Assembly: GCA_965649765.1 (NCBI GenBank)
Contig: OZ287756.1
Location: 35,650,001-35,714,000, forward strand
Reading direction: 5' to 3'
Source of the DNA: Bispira polyomma
Lineage: Eukaryota
DNA length: 64,000 nucleotides
Positions within the stretch are counted from its first letter, which is position 1, and every line of letters begins with the position of its first letter. The position numbers and the translations under genes were made by a program. Under the pieces are notes generated by a model. The model saw nothing but the letters and a program-made list of their open reading frames with translations, had not been told where the DNA came from and made no database searches. This document shows positions 50,958 through 64,000 of the stretch, piece by piece.

Positions 50958-51160
50958 TTAATACTGTCGCCTCCCACATCTGTAGTTGAGTTTCGATTTT
51001 AGGCCTTAGCAGTATGGGAAAGTTGGCAGTAGACTTGCTGAAGACCGGTGGTTTGTTAATGCTGTAAACCTTTACCAACTGTACTACTTTGCTTCATTAA
51101 TAATCTGCCCATCACGATATAATATCCACAGTTGTTGGAAAGGGGCAATAAACTAAAAAA
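50958..51160 (+). mobile_element. V-SINE-like copy
   Basis: ATGGGAAAGTTGGCAGTAGACTTGCTGAAGACCGGTGGTTT...CACGATATAA. Confidence 0.75.
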
Positions 51161-52336
51161 AAAAACTAAAGTGAAAATATCTGTATCTCAATGAGTTAAA
51201 ATTACAGGCCAAAACAGGCCAAAACATGTGACAGTTAAGAGGACACACCACACCAGTTGTTGTTATTGGCAGTGCTAACTATTTATAAACAAAACACAGT
51301 AGATTGTCTATTGGGGGGGGGGGGGGGGGGGGGCTCCTCAAGACCTTTGTGTGACAAAAAGCCTTGACTGACTTTATTCATGATGACAAGATACCACCAA
51401 TCTCAAGTGGCTTCAAGTATTGTCAACAGGCAGCATCTGAAATAGCAAAAAGGGCCATATTTATGTAATAGCACAAATACAGTTGATCCCTGCTTGTTTT
51501 CAGATCACAAGAACTGATTTCTATCTCCCATTTTTTGTTTTTGTAAAGTAAGAAAGATGTTATCGATTACATAACAAGGTGAAATTTTTCAAACCTACAG
51601 CCACTGCTGGTAGATAGTCACTCATTGTCACCCGGGGCCCGGAATTATTAAAGGTCTTGAAATAATCTTATGCTCAAATATACCACACAAAAAAAACACA
51701 TTTTATAAATGGGAAGCAAACAAATAAGTTACCTTTTGCCTTAATAGAGATTTCAACATTTATCTTATTTTCATTTTTTCGTTAATGATGACAGACACTT
51801 TATTAGTGGTGAAAAGTAGAACTGCCAATCACCACAGCAAGTATCTATTAACTTTTCCACATACATGTCGTAGCAGAGATTCAGCCTCACCCACTCTCAC
51901 TACAGAGGTGGGAGAAGAGTATGTTACCACTTTCAAGCAGGATACAAAAGATGCAGGCCACTTATTAGAGTGCATACCTCCGCTAAGACAAAACAAAAAA
52001 AACCTTAGATTAACGCTTCTGACTAGATATGCTCTAAATTTTAAAAGATGTGAATATTTCCCTACTGTATAAAATGAAATACTATTTGGCAAAGTTTGGG
52101 GGCATGCTTTGGTGGTTTATATTTAATATGAAAATAATTGTTAAACGCACCTTAAATATATACAGGTAACAAAAAAGGTGTTATTATAAGCTTTAAAAAT
52201 CTCCCGTTTTCTAGTTTACACAAAGAAGATTTACTATTCCATATTGTTCTTGCATATAAGTAATTGATGATTCACAGTCAGCCTTATTCCTGTATTTTCC
52301 AGAAATCTACGATTCACTGCTAGATAACTTTACTTA

Positions 52337-55279
52337 GATTTGAGCATCTGATTCACAGAAGACTGAGGTTAACAAATGGTCTTATGATTTGAGCATCTGA
52401 TTCACAGAAGACTGAGGTTAAGAAATGGTCTTATGATTTGAGCATCTGATTCACAGAAGACTGAGGTTAACAAATGGTCTTATGATTTGAGCATCTGATT
52501 CACAGAAGACTGAGGTTAAGAAATGGTCTTATGATTTGAGCATCTGATTCACAGAAGACTGAGGTTAACAAATGGTCTTATGATTTGAGCATCTGATTCA
52601 CAGAAGACTGAGGTTAACAAATGGTCTTATGATTTGAGCATCTGATTCACAGAAGACTGAGGTTAACAAATGGTCTTATGATTTGAGCATCTGATTCACA
52701 GAAGACTGAGGTTAAGAAATGGTCTTATGATTTGAGCATCTGATTCACAGAAGACTGAGGTTAACAAATGGTCTTATGATTTGAGCATCTGATTCACAGA
52801 AGACTGAGGTTAAGAAATGGTCTTATGATTTGAGCATCTGATTCACAGAAGACTGAGGTTAACAAATGGTCTTATGATTTGAGCATCTGATTCACAGAAG
52901 ACTGAGGTTAAGAAATGGTCTTATGATTTGAGCATCTGATTCACAGAAGACTGAGGTTAACAAATGGTCTTATGATTTGAGCATCTGATTCACAGAAGAC
53001 TGAGGTTAAGAAATGGTCTTATGATTTGAGCATCTGATTCACAGAAGACTGAGGTTAAGAAATGGTCTTATGATTTGAGCATCTGATTCACAGAAGACTG
53101 AGGTTAAGAAATGGTCTTATGATTTGAGCATCTGATTCACAGAAGACTGAGGTTAACAAATGGTCTTATGATTTGAGCATCTGATTCACAGAAGACTGAG
53201 GTTAAGAAATGGTCTTATGATTTGAGCATCTGATTCACAGAAGACTGAGGTTAACAAATGGTCTTATGATTTGAGCATCTGATTCACAGAAGACTGAGGT
53301 TAAGAAATGGTCTTATGATTTGAGCATCTGATTCACAGAAGACTGAGGTTAAGAAATGGTCTTATGATTTGAGCATCTGATTCACAGAAGACTGAGGTTA
53401 ACAAATGGTCTTATGATTTGAGCATCTGATTCACAGAAGACTGAGGTTAAGAAATGGTCTTATGATTTGAGCATCTGATTCACAGAAGACTGAGGTTAAG
53501 AAATGGTCTTATGATTTGAGCATCTGATTCACAGAAGACTGAGGTTAAGAAATGGTCTTATGATTTGAGCATCTGATTCACAGAAGACTGAGGTTAACAA
53601 ATGGTCTTATGATTTGAGCATCTGATTCACAGAAGACTGAGGTTAAGAAATGGTCTTATGATTTGAGCATCTGATTCACAGAAGACTGAGGTTAAGAAAT
53701 GGTCTTATGATTTGAGCATCTGATTCACAGAAGACTGAGGTTAAGAAATGGTCTTATGATTTGAGCATCTGATTCACAGAAGACTGAGGTTAACAAATGG
53801 TCTTATGATTTGAGCATCTGATTCACAGAAGACTGAGGTTAACAAATGGTCTTATGATTTGAGCATCTGATTCACAGAAGACTGAGGTTAACAAATGGTC
53901 TTATGATTTGAGCATCTGATTCACAGAAGACTGAGGTTAACAAATGGTCTTATGATTTGAGCATCTGATTCACAGAAGACTGAGGTTAACAAATGGTCTT
54001 ATGATTTGAGCATCTGATTCACAGAAGACTGAGGTTAACAAATGGTCTTATGATTTGAGCATCTGATTCACAGAAGACTGAGGTTAAGAAATGGTCTTAT
54101 GATTTGAGCATCTGATTCACAGAAGACTGAGGTTAACAAATGGTCTTATGATTTGAGCATCTGATTCACAGAAGACTGAGGTTAAGAAATGGTCTTATGA
54201 TTTGAGCATCTGATTCACAGAAGACTGAGGTTAACAAATGGTCTTATGATTTGAGCATCTGATTCACAGAAGACTGAGGTTAAGAAATGGTCTTATGATT
54301 TGAGCATCTGATTCACAGAAGACTGAGGTTAAGAAATGGTCTTATGATTTGAGCATCTGATTCACAGAAGACTGAGGTTAAGAAATGGTCTTATGATTTG
54401 AGTATCTGATTCACAGAAGACTGAGGTTAACAAATGGTCTTATGATTTGAGCATCTGATTCACAGAAGACTGAGGTTAACAAATGGTCTTATGATTTGAG
54501 CATCTGATTCACAGAAGACTGAGGTTAAGAAATGGTCTTATGATTTGAGCATCTGATTCACAGAAGACTGAGGTTAACAAATGGTCTTATGATTTGAGCA
54601 TCTGATTCACAGAAGACTGAGGTTAACAAATGGTCTTATGATTTGAGCATCTGATTCACAGAAGACTGAGGTTAAGAAATGGTCTTATGATTTGAGCATC
54701 TGATTCACAGAAGACTGAGGTTAACAAATGGTCTTATGATTTGAGCATCTGATTCACAGAAGACTGAGGTTAAGAAATGGTCTTATGATTTGAGCATCTG
54801 ATTCACAGAAGACTGAGGTTAAGAAATGGTCTTATGATTTGAGCATCTGATTCACAGAAGACTGAGGTTAAGAAATGGTCTTATGATTTGAGCATCTGAT
54901 TCACAGAAGACTGAGGTTAACAAATGGTCTTATGATTTGAGCATCTGATTCACAGAAGACTGAGGTTAAGAAATGGTCTTATGATTTGAGCATCTGATTC
55001 ACAGAAGACTGAGGTTAAGAAATGGTCTTATGATTTGAGCATCTGATTCACAGAAGACTGAGGTTAAGAAATGGTCTTATGATTTGAGCATCTGATTCAC
55101 AGAAGACTGAGGTTAACAAATGGTCTTATGATTTGAGCATCTGATTCACAGAAGACTGAGGTTAACAAATGGTCTTATGATTTGAGCATCTGATTCACAG
55201 AAGACTGAGGTTAAGAAATGGTCTTATGATTTGAGCATCTGATTCACAGAAGACTGAGGTTAACAAATGGTCTTATGAT
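52337..55279. repeat. 49-bp minisatellite, 60 complete units
   Basis: Unit GATTTGAGCATCTGATTCACAGAAGACTGAGGTTAA(C/G)AAATGGTCTTAT; 52337-55276 = 2940 bp = 60 x 49. Confidence 0.98.
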
Positions 55280-56049
55280 GCTGAAATCTGAGATTCCCTT
55301 TAAGGTAACTTGTGTTTTTGAACTTGGTTTTCACACAAGATCAACAAGCGTAGCCAATCAGACCTATATTTAATCCTGTCACTTTTACCAGGATATAAAT
55401 TTTAATCTGATACACAGTTCTGTGTAATATGGAAAAAAGAAACATATTTGTATGATTAAATATTCCCTCACTTGAATGAATCTGGGATGCTGAAATACTG
55501 AAAAAGCAACAACTTCCATTTAATTGAGTACTTTGATGATGTTCTATGACCCAACCATTCCAATGACCCCTTCCATACATGAGTTAAAAGTAGAAATTAA
55601 TTCTCGTTGTTTGTACAATTTATAAAAAGACATTACTTTTGTCAATGCTAACACATTTCTGCTGAGAACTGTCTTTTACTCAATTAATGTTTGGTGGATT
55701 TAAAAAAAAACCAACATATTATCAGATGGCAGTCACAATTTTACAGCAAGCGAGCCAGCAAGTAAGCAGTTTAATATATTGCCTTGAGGATTCTTATAGC
55801 AATGTTTTGGGTTGTATTTTATTCCTGTAGTTTATATACGGTTAACACCCCGAATATATAGATTAATGGCAGAATTTATTGGACATATAGGTTAATTATT
55901 TCTTAAAGTAAAAATAAATACACACTGAATTTTTCACTTGTAGTAAATTTTCCCTATCCAAGGTCATTATAGCTAAAATAACTAAAAATATTTCCTACTG
56001 AAATTTCCCACTTGCACAGTGTATTTATATATGTTGTAATGTAAATCTC

Positions 56050-56175
56050 TTGTAAAAATAAAAAGTTAGATTTGGTAACCTAGTGCAAAAAAAAAAAAAA
56101 AATGAAAATGTAAAATTTATGTGAAATTAATTTGTAAAAATTAAAAAGTTAAATTTGGTAGTATAGTGCAAAACA
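56050..56175. repeat. 82-bp-spaced direct duplication
   Basis: TTGTAAAAAT(T)AAAAAGTTA.ATTTGGTA...TAGTGCAAAA at 56050 and 56132. Confidence 0.75.
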
Positions 56176-58949
56176 GTGAAAGCGAGACGTTAAGGTAATT
56201 GTAGTAAAATAATGTTTACTTTGTTAATGTAATTTTTATTAACTGCAGAATTTTGCAAATGTATTAGTCACACAACAAAATTATGTAGTAAGTTGAAGTG
56301 ACATATAAGCCCATGTGGGCTGGGCAACACTATTGAAAAACTATTGTACATTTATTAATGTATTAATGAAGTGCATGTCACTGTAATAAATAAATAAATA
56401 ATATAATTGTGACGCTGTTTACGAACGTGAGGTGTACACCGATTTTAGCACACACACGTTTTACAGGTGAATTGTCCTTGTATTATAAAGGGCCCTGGCC
56501 ACCCCGCTAGTGTACTCCCCCACCCCTTTTAGGTTGACCCAGGGGGAATCTTAACCCAGCCCCCACCCCTCTCTCTGTCTGATGGGGTAGTCAACATACC
56601 CACTACCTCACGTACACACATAAGTACTTCCTTTGAACGGAAGCTGCTTGACGAGATCTTGTCGGGGAGTGGACGTGACTTCTTCTATAAACTCACGCCG
56701 TGCTCCAAGCAGATGTAAAATCTCGTCTGCTCCCCAAAAGAAAAGAGGCGGGAGGATTGTCCTGCGTGACAATAGAGCTCTCACGGGCTGCAATTAGAAC
56801 TCAATTTGTCCTAAATAGGATTCCAAGTCACATTTTGGAATTTACCTCCCTCCCTTGTCTGATTATTAAAACACCCAGACACACAAAAGCCAGTCAGGAG
56901 AATTATGGGGGTTCATCCCCAAATAATGATTTGACTTCAATTGTAAACAGCTCCATAATGAAAACGATTTGATGCAGTCCATAGACAATAGAGGGGGGCT
57001 GACATGGGTAGGATTGGGTGTGTGGGTGGGTTGGGAAGGCTGATCTTGGGATTAATATCACGTGATCAAGACGTGATTTTTTTATAATGGGATGTAAAAA
57101 TAGATCCCAAGTGAAAATAGAAGATTGTTTAAAGGATAAGAAATCCAAAATGACGGGTCTTGACATTGTTTTGGATGTGACAAAGGAATGTTATTAGTAT
57201 GTTATTTATAGTTTTGGAGGGACTGATTGTTTGCAGATTGTAGATTAGTACCAGTATATACACAAAAAAAAGTGTAAAAATGTGTGTAAATATTTGACCA
57301 AGAAATACGTGTACTTCACATGTATTGATCCCATTTGGTAATAGTATTAATCACTGATTTGGTCTTTATTAAGTCACAGTTTTCTTATCAAATGCCATGA
57401 CAAGACAAAGGAATTTTATTAGACTACTAAGGTGAAAGTGATATTAATAACCTGCAAATCTATATCAAATACAGAAATTAGATTGGGCTTGGGGTTTACC
57501 CCATAATTACCTACATAGTGTTTATGTTCTTTATATTTTTTAAAAATATTGATTGTACTAAACCCTGAAATAATCATGTTAGATCATAAGTGTAGAGAAT
57601 AAATCGCCTTAAAATTGATCATTCAACCCAGCCCTTTTACTGTTGCCACTCCTTGTCACTGTTCAGCTAGCTGTGATTACATCTTAAAATCTGGGTCAAA
57701 ATGGGATGGACTGCTACTGTATCAAATACATCTATCAAAAAGAGATCATCTGACACTTAAATACTCCATAGATACGGCCGAGTACAGACTGTAGTTGGTG
57801 TTTTAACACGAAGTATCCCAATAGAACAAGCTCAGTTGTACCTGACCCCACAAATCATGTATTACATATATACTCTGGTTTTAGGTATTTACCATCATTC
57901 TTCCACTCGTTTGCACTTGTACTGCACTCTGGCTTATCAATGAAGAGGCTCGACTTACAAAACTCCAATATATTACAGAAATAAATGACGTCATAATACA
58001 GTAAAACTCACATGTTTGTGTTTCTCTTACTATTATGATACAGGCATCAAAAATCTCATTCTAAAGCACTATACTATCATATAATGTTTTGGTATTGATT
58101 CAAGGTAATCAATCAATTGTTTAGATTAATAGTTTATTGTTTCCATGTCCTATATTATGTATTACTGTTCCTAAACGCCCATGAGAAAGATATATATTTG
58201 AAATTGTTAAACCAATTGTATTATGGGCTTGAGGCCTTGGTGCTACATAAACCTTGTTCCTACTAACATATCATAATACAATTAAAAGGTCTAGAGACAG
58301 CAAGGATGTCAGAAAGAATAAATCAGAACTGGACGGAAATTGTAAACGAAGAGGCTATGCTAGCTAAGCAATGCTATGGAACAAGCTCTCACAGACTGTC
58401 AGATCACAGTATACAATCACTGGTTTTATAAGACATTTCAAAACTTACCTGTTCAGACTACCCACCTCCTTAGTCCTGAGTTACCCTTCCCTGGTGGATT
58501 TATTATAATAAAAATGATTGGAATGTAGTGGAGGTCCTTACATAACACAGTCAACTAGTCCAGAGTTGTAGAACAGCATGGCGTCTAGAAATACCAGCTC
58601 AAAACTAGAAGTTGGTTGAATGGGGGTTTAACATCACAGATATTGGAGGTGAGAGTGTTACCCCTACACCACCTAAACAATCATGACCTTGGAGTTATGA
58701 CTTTGACCTTAAAACATTTTGCTCTAGCATATTTGAATGACCTAAAAATCTGCTAGTTCACTTTATTCACCATCATGGAAATCTGGGTGGACACATACAG
58801 TCGTGATTTATTTTAGGTGTCTATATTTTTTTATTTGTACCCACTGTGTGTATTATATCAGCCACTACATAGGCCAATGCATTCTCAAATCATACACATA
58901 TCTGTAAAATGGTGTCATATTGGCACCATCTGTTACATTACCCAGTACA

Positions 58950-59210
58950 ACTTCCACTTTAGTCTTCCAGTAAAGTTTAGATCACTTGAAACACATTCTG
59001 GTCTTAAGAAAAAGCTTAAAAGCTATGTATTTTAAACCCCCCCCCCCCTTTTAGTTCCCTCCCTGTTCACTCCCACACACTTCCTGACGACGGTGGCTAC
59101 ATTTTTTGGCCTTCTCTATTGGTGAACTGATTCGGTTGTTGTGCTTTAGAAGATGCCTCACCACAATAAGGCTTGTTAAAAATCAAAAATACGATACAAT
59201 ACAACAATAC
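58950..59210 (+). mobile_element. Degenerate L2 LINE 3' end
   Basis: SLPVKFRSLETHSGLKKKLKSYVF*, CTTCCTGACGAC and AATAAGGC..GTTAAAAAT with a (CAATA)n tail, as in the 39-kb copy. Confidence 0.78.
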
Positions 59211-62200
59211 TATACATAAGTAGTATAATGCAACTAATACAACCAATTTACTACATACTTATATAACACACAGTATTAAAGCCATATCTTGTAATCTCCT
59301 GCCCCACTGTACCCTGGAACATGTCGAAGTGGATCTGGTTTCTGATGACTCTCTCGATCTACACACACCATGTGTTTAAGCACCCTCACCAACACTTTCT
59401 AGTGGCAGTTGTTTCACATTACAACCGTCTTTGGCATTCACACTTTGTTGACTCATTGCCCTGTTATTTATTGACCTTTAATTCCATATGTTTATTCTAC
59501 AAGTACTTGATTGTGCACTCTATATTATGATCTCCTTATCTTTAAATCTGTTTGTTGGAGAAGTAATAACAGTAGTGATTGTATGGCTCTCTACCCAAGA
59601 AAGGAGTTTGTCTATTCAAAAATAATAACAGTATAAGAATTTAGCCCAGAATTGTACACAATCATACTTGGTGTGTTATAAATGCCATATACTGTAGATG
59701 GTATGTGCAAAAGGCATTAAAGCAGCGTTTGTTTTATAAGCAAATTGAACGTTTTAGGAATGACCTTGAAAAATTTGGATGAAGTCACCTAAATTTAAAA
59801 AGCCTTGGTTTACAGACATACTCTAGCATCCCATCCTAATGATGCCATCACCTTGCCTGTTTGAGTGTGACATTACAGCACTTTACTATGTCCCAACCCC
59901 CCCTCCTACCAGTACATCTTTTAGGAGACTGGTCCAAACCCTATCATCTATTGTGATGACACACATTAATGATGGGTGTTTAAAAGCTGGTTTTGTCTAT
60001 CAGCAGTGTAATCTAAGAACTGGGTGATATCTATCTAGGAGGAGATTTCAATGCACTGCCACTAAATACTTGGCCGTGTTACACACATAAAAACACTAGC
60101 CTTTTTAGAACTGGCAGTGGGATTAACAAAGGAGGGGTTTAAGTTACAGAGGAATGGTGATATCTGACAGAAAATCTCGAGGTTTTGAATGGGATGATGG
60201 GGGGTTAAGGGGGGAGGCATAGTTTTACAGTGAAATTCCAGGGAGTTGATTTGTATTAGGGGGACATGTTTAGAGCATGTAAGACTAAAAGATTAGTCGT
60301 GGGAACCTTGTCATCAAATACTGGCCTCTTTTCGTATAATATTCAGGTCACCTTTCTATCTGTCTACAAATTGATTTCATGTATAAGCCACCAGGTATCC
60401 TCTCTATGTAGAATGGTACAGCCATACGTGTGTGTACATTCACATCTGTATAGTTAACTAGATTAGGATGGTTCAGTTTTTTATGTATACAACACTTTCG
60501 GTGACAAACCAAAATTTGTCTTTAACAGAAAAGTGCTATTTAGGACCAAAACTATGTTTTTAATAAATAAATTCAATTTAATAGATTCAAAAATGCATAC
60601 TTTTTATTATTTATTTTTACAACAAAAAAACCCAATATATTACAATAACAAATTGATATACATGTGAAAAATGCATACTTAATTTTTATAATGTCTAATA
60701 ACAAATTCCTATACCATAATTGTGTCCTATTAAAAAACCTTGTCAAAATGTTTGCAAAAATGTAAAAATAGGTGTACAACATTAAGCACTCCTTCTTATG
60801 TCACCAGGGGCATACAATTAAACTGACAAACAGAGATAATACTTAGTTACTTGTACAGCTCATGCATAGAACAGCAAAGCTATCATTATTGACTACCTGA
60901 AAGTGACACTTCCTACTTGTCTTCTCTACACACGTATATTGCTGCCAGTTATTGTCATGCCATAATTTTTCTGTTGTCCATTTTCCTGTTAATTGTGTCA
61001 GAGGTGATATAACGGGGACTAGTTGTCCAGTAGTAACTGGCCTTATGAATAAACCACCCTGAGGGGGGGGGGGAGGGGGGGGGGTCTATTGTCCTAATTT
61101 GTGTCAAAGAGTTGGGAGACATTATAGCAAGCATGCAAGAAGTCTTGTTTTCTGGTCATGTAATATGAGTGCCAAGAATTATTTACTTAATTTTTATTTA
61201 TGTATTTTACATCGTGCTCTTGTGTAGAATGAACAACATAATGGGAATCAAAACAAGCCATAAACCAGAATGCATTGGCTTAAGATATAAAAAGAACTAT
61301 AATATTTACAATATTCTTTCACTTTAATTTATACAAAGGATTCTAAAATTGCTCTTATTTCTGCCCAATTTAAGTTTGTTTTTAAATTTCCAATACACGT
61401 ATATAGTAATCCTGAATATTTCCCATTGACACATGGATAATATTTCAAATGAATTCATGAAAGTATTCCTGAAAAAGAATACATTTTTAATGTATTTGAA
61501 TACGAATACTTTTGAATTTTCGAAAATGTATTTCAATATGTATACTTTAAAAATATGTTTTGAATACACACAAATACTGAATACCCCAGATCTGTTTATT
61601 ATGGGCGATCTATTTTCAATCTTTACTCATATTGCAATATATAGATATAGATTTATATTATTGTGACATATCAAGTATAGTAAATAGATTAAACAAAGTC
61701 AGTTGTAACACACGGGATCTCCTAGCTTAAGAAACAGAAGCTTTGTTTCAATTTTGGTTACACTTTCTCCAACAAGTCCTTTGATGGTGATTCCATAGAA
61801 AATTTAAACAACAACTATTCAAAGCCACTCAGTGTTTTAGACAGCCCTACATCTCTGACCCAAAACAGGTATTTATGACACTTAAAACAAAACATGAAGT
61901 GAAGTATCAAAGAAATTAAAGGTAAGAACTGTATCTAGAAGTCTAGAAGGTGTTTAACTATGTCCTCAAAATTTTGAAGTAGGTCCTTCTGAAGCAGTAG
62001 TTGGCATGACCTCCGGGCACAGGGAAGGACCTGCTCATTAGATGTGACCTAATTGGGGGGAGGGGGTTATGGTGTGTAGGAGGGGGGGGACTAGTACTAC
62101 GTCACATTTTACACCAGGTTACACACCTGCACTGACTTGGGTCACACCTTCAACCTATCTATACACTAACGTAGTTATAGCCTCACCTGTCGTCAGAGGC

Positions 62201-63054
62201 GCTCAAACACTCACCGGAAGTGGAGATTTTCCAAGCAGACGATTTTTGTCCCCGAAGAAAATGGAGGGGTGGTTATTACACCTCTAAATATGGCTTGAAC
62301 TTAGACTCAAAACTAAGGTGACAAAAAATGTTGGCTAGATCATTATTTTTAAAAATAGTAAGATTTGTTTAATGTTTATTGTGTAAATAATATAGAATAA
62401 TGTGATGAACGATCATAACAATTTGTTATATCTTACTTGAATTAAGGCTAATGTTAAGGCATAATATATTAAATGTTAAGATTGAGGCTGACTTGTCATC
62501 TCACTAGAGCCCTGACAACTCTAACCCTGTGGGGACTTTCTGGGTCACTTACAAGGTTACAACTAAAGTCAGTGGGGGTGTCTGAAGTTTGGTCATGGGA
62601 CCACTTCATAAAGATAAAATAGCTCCGAGACATTTCAAAAATGAAATTAATCAAGTGGTGTATTTTAAAGGTATCGGGTAAAAGCTAGTGATGAAAGTAG
62701 TCCTCCTTTGTTGAGCAGAAAAGGTTTGATTGTGGTGATAAAATAACATCACAACAACCTAGTTTATGTAAATTTCAATTAATTCCAATTAATATGTGCT
62801 TACACTGCATCAGAATGCCCTTTCTTATCAGGTGTTATCACATATGCACTAGAGGATTCCCTGAACAACAACTATAATACTGATTACATGAATGTCATAC
62901 ATAAAAAATAAATTTTCATGTTAATATTTGCCACTATACAATAATTGTCGAGTATGATACATTTATATTGTATTTTTTCATACATTTTTGATGCTAGCAG
63001 GATCGCTTTATATTGTGTGACCCAAATTTACCTTTTCTTTGACTGCATAAGGAC

Positions 63055-63265
63055 AGCCAACCAGCACCAGTAACTGTCATTCCCGTCACTGAAGACAGAA
63101 GATTAAGGATGACCATCTATCAATGTCAAGATAGGACCAAATGATAGAGGACTGCCATTTTAACTGGTCACCCGAGCCACTATGTCTGTACCTGGAAGAA
63201 CCAGGTTGGTATCGAACCTAGGTTCTCTGTGTTGATAAGTTTGTGTGTTACCCGCTAAACCACAG
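63055..63265 (-). mobile_element. SINE of the third family
   Basis: GGTATCGAACC (reverse B-box), TTACCCGCTAAACCACAG (reverse A-box), body shared with 50545-50790. Confidence 0.65.
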
Positions 63266-64000
63266 TGATTTATATTGACACTATGCCCTTAGTTTGGCCC
63301 ATTGTAAATTAATTTCATTATCATTTTTGGCCAAACAATGAGTAGGTACATGTTCATTCAGACACTCATAAATAACCGACAGCTTTACTTTTACAGCGAC
63401 TCACGTTCTTAAACCATATTATTGTATTACTTTATAGAAAACACTGTGTATAAAGAACTGGACTACATAAAATCTAGTAATATCTGTGACTTACTTACAT
63501 ATGATACCTTCTCAGATATACCCACCTCCCTTTATTTAGCTTATATATACGTCGCATTTAACAAACACACATACAAATCGACTAGAATGAGATTAGGTTG
63601 CTGCTCAAAATTTCAATTTTCTCTTATTTTCTCCAAATTGTTTTAATGTTAAAAACAACACAGCCCGCTAAAGAAAACATGGCTGAGCCAACTTTTATTA
63701 TTGATATTGCACAAATCATTTTTAAAAACCTTTCAAACTAATCATAGGTTTACTATTCTCACGAAAGTGGGACAAAACACCACACTGGCACTGTACTTGT
63801 CATCACTTGGCCACAGAGAGTTCTATGTTGTAAAATGGCCACATCATAAATGTAAAGGTGCACAGATTTACACCAAACTACAATCACAATTTTCACTCCA
63901 TACTTTAAAATGGTAAGAAAACAGGGGTGTGTTTTTTCCGTGTATTATATCATATCTAACCTAACTTAGCAGGTCAGCATATGTGAGTTGATAATTACCC

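Noticed and set aside
52337-55279. 49-bp array as CRISPR or coding repeat
   Set aside because: No unique spacers, the unit length is not a multiple of 3, and the ORF track shows no ORF of 60 aa or more here.
12995-59360. CTGATGA motifs as hammerhead ribozyme cores (e.g. ~13003, ~59342)
   Set aside because: No correctly placed stem II and GAAA seen.
1-64000. Remaining 60-120-aa ORFs in the track
   Set aside because: No recognisable domains, many start at non-ATG codons, and lengths are within chance expectation. Only TE-derived ORFs and the one overlapping the 35-37 kb relic in frame (36522-36731) were retained.

Overview
AT-rich (roughly 35% GC, estimated by eye), CpG-depleted animal genomic DNA, most likely from an invertebrate such as a mollusc or other lophotrochozoan, judged from the SINE families. 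I find no intact protein-coding gene, rRNA, tRNA or CRISPR array, and the window reads like a gene desert or very large intron. It is densely populated by tRNA-derived SINEs (at least three families), L2-clade LINE fragments, a 5'-truncated L1/Tx1 LINE, a Gypsy gag/PBS relic, PIF/Harbinger-like and Tc1/mariner-like MITEs, and several minisatellites, including an exact 60 x 49-bp array. About ten CpG-retaining islands that I could not assign to repeats look regulatory. The main hidden signals are: (1) a decayed compact gene of about 9 exons and unknown family at ~35.05-37.24 kb, which the ORF track shows only in fragments because its stops are mostly TGA (probably CGA deamination), plus weaker relics of the same style elsewhere; (2) a candidate minus-strand TATA promoter with a short first exon at ~11.2-11.45 kb; (3) a near-perfect 534-bp inverted duplication ending exactly at a MITE terminus; (4) minisatellites made from SINE heads; (5) four unrelated tandem repeats sharing an ~82-bp period. 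All alignments and translations were done by eye, and repeat family names come from recalled consensus motifs, not database searches.
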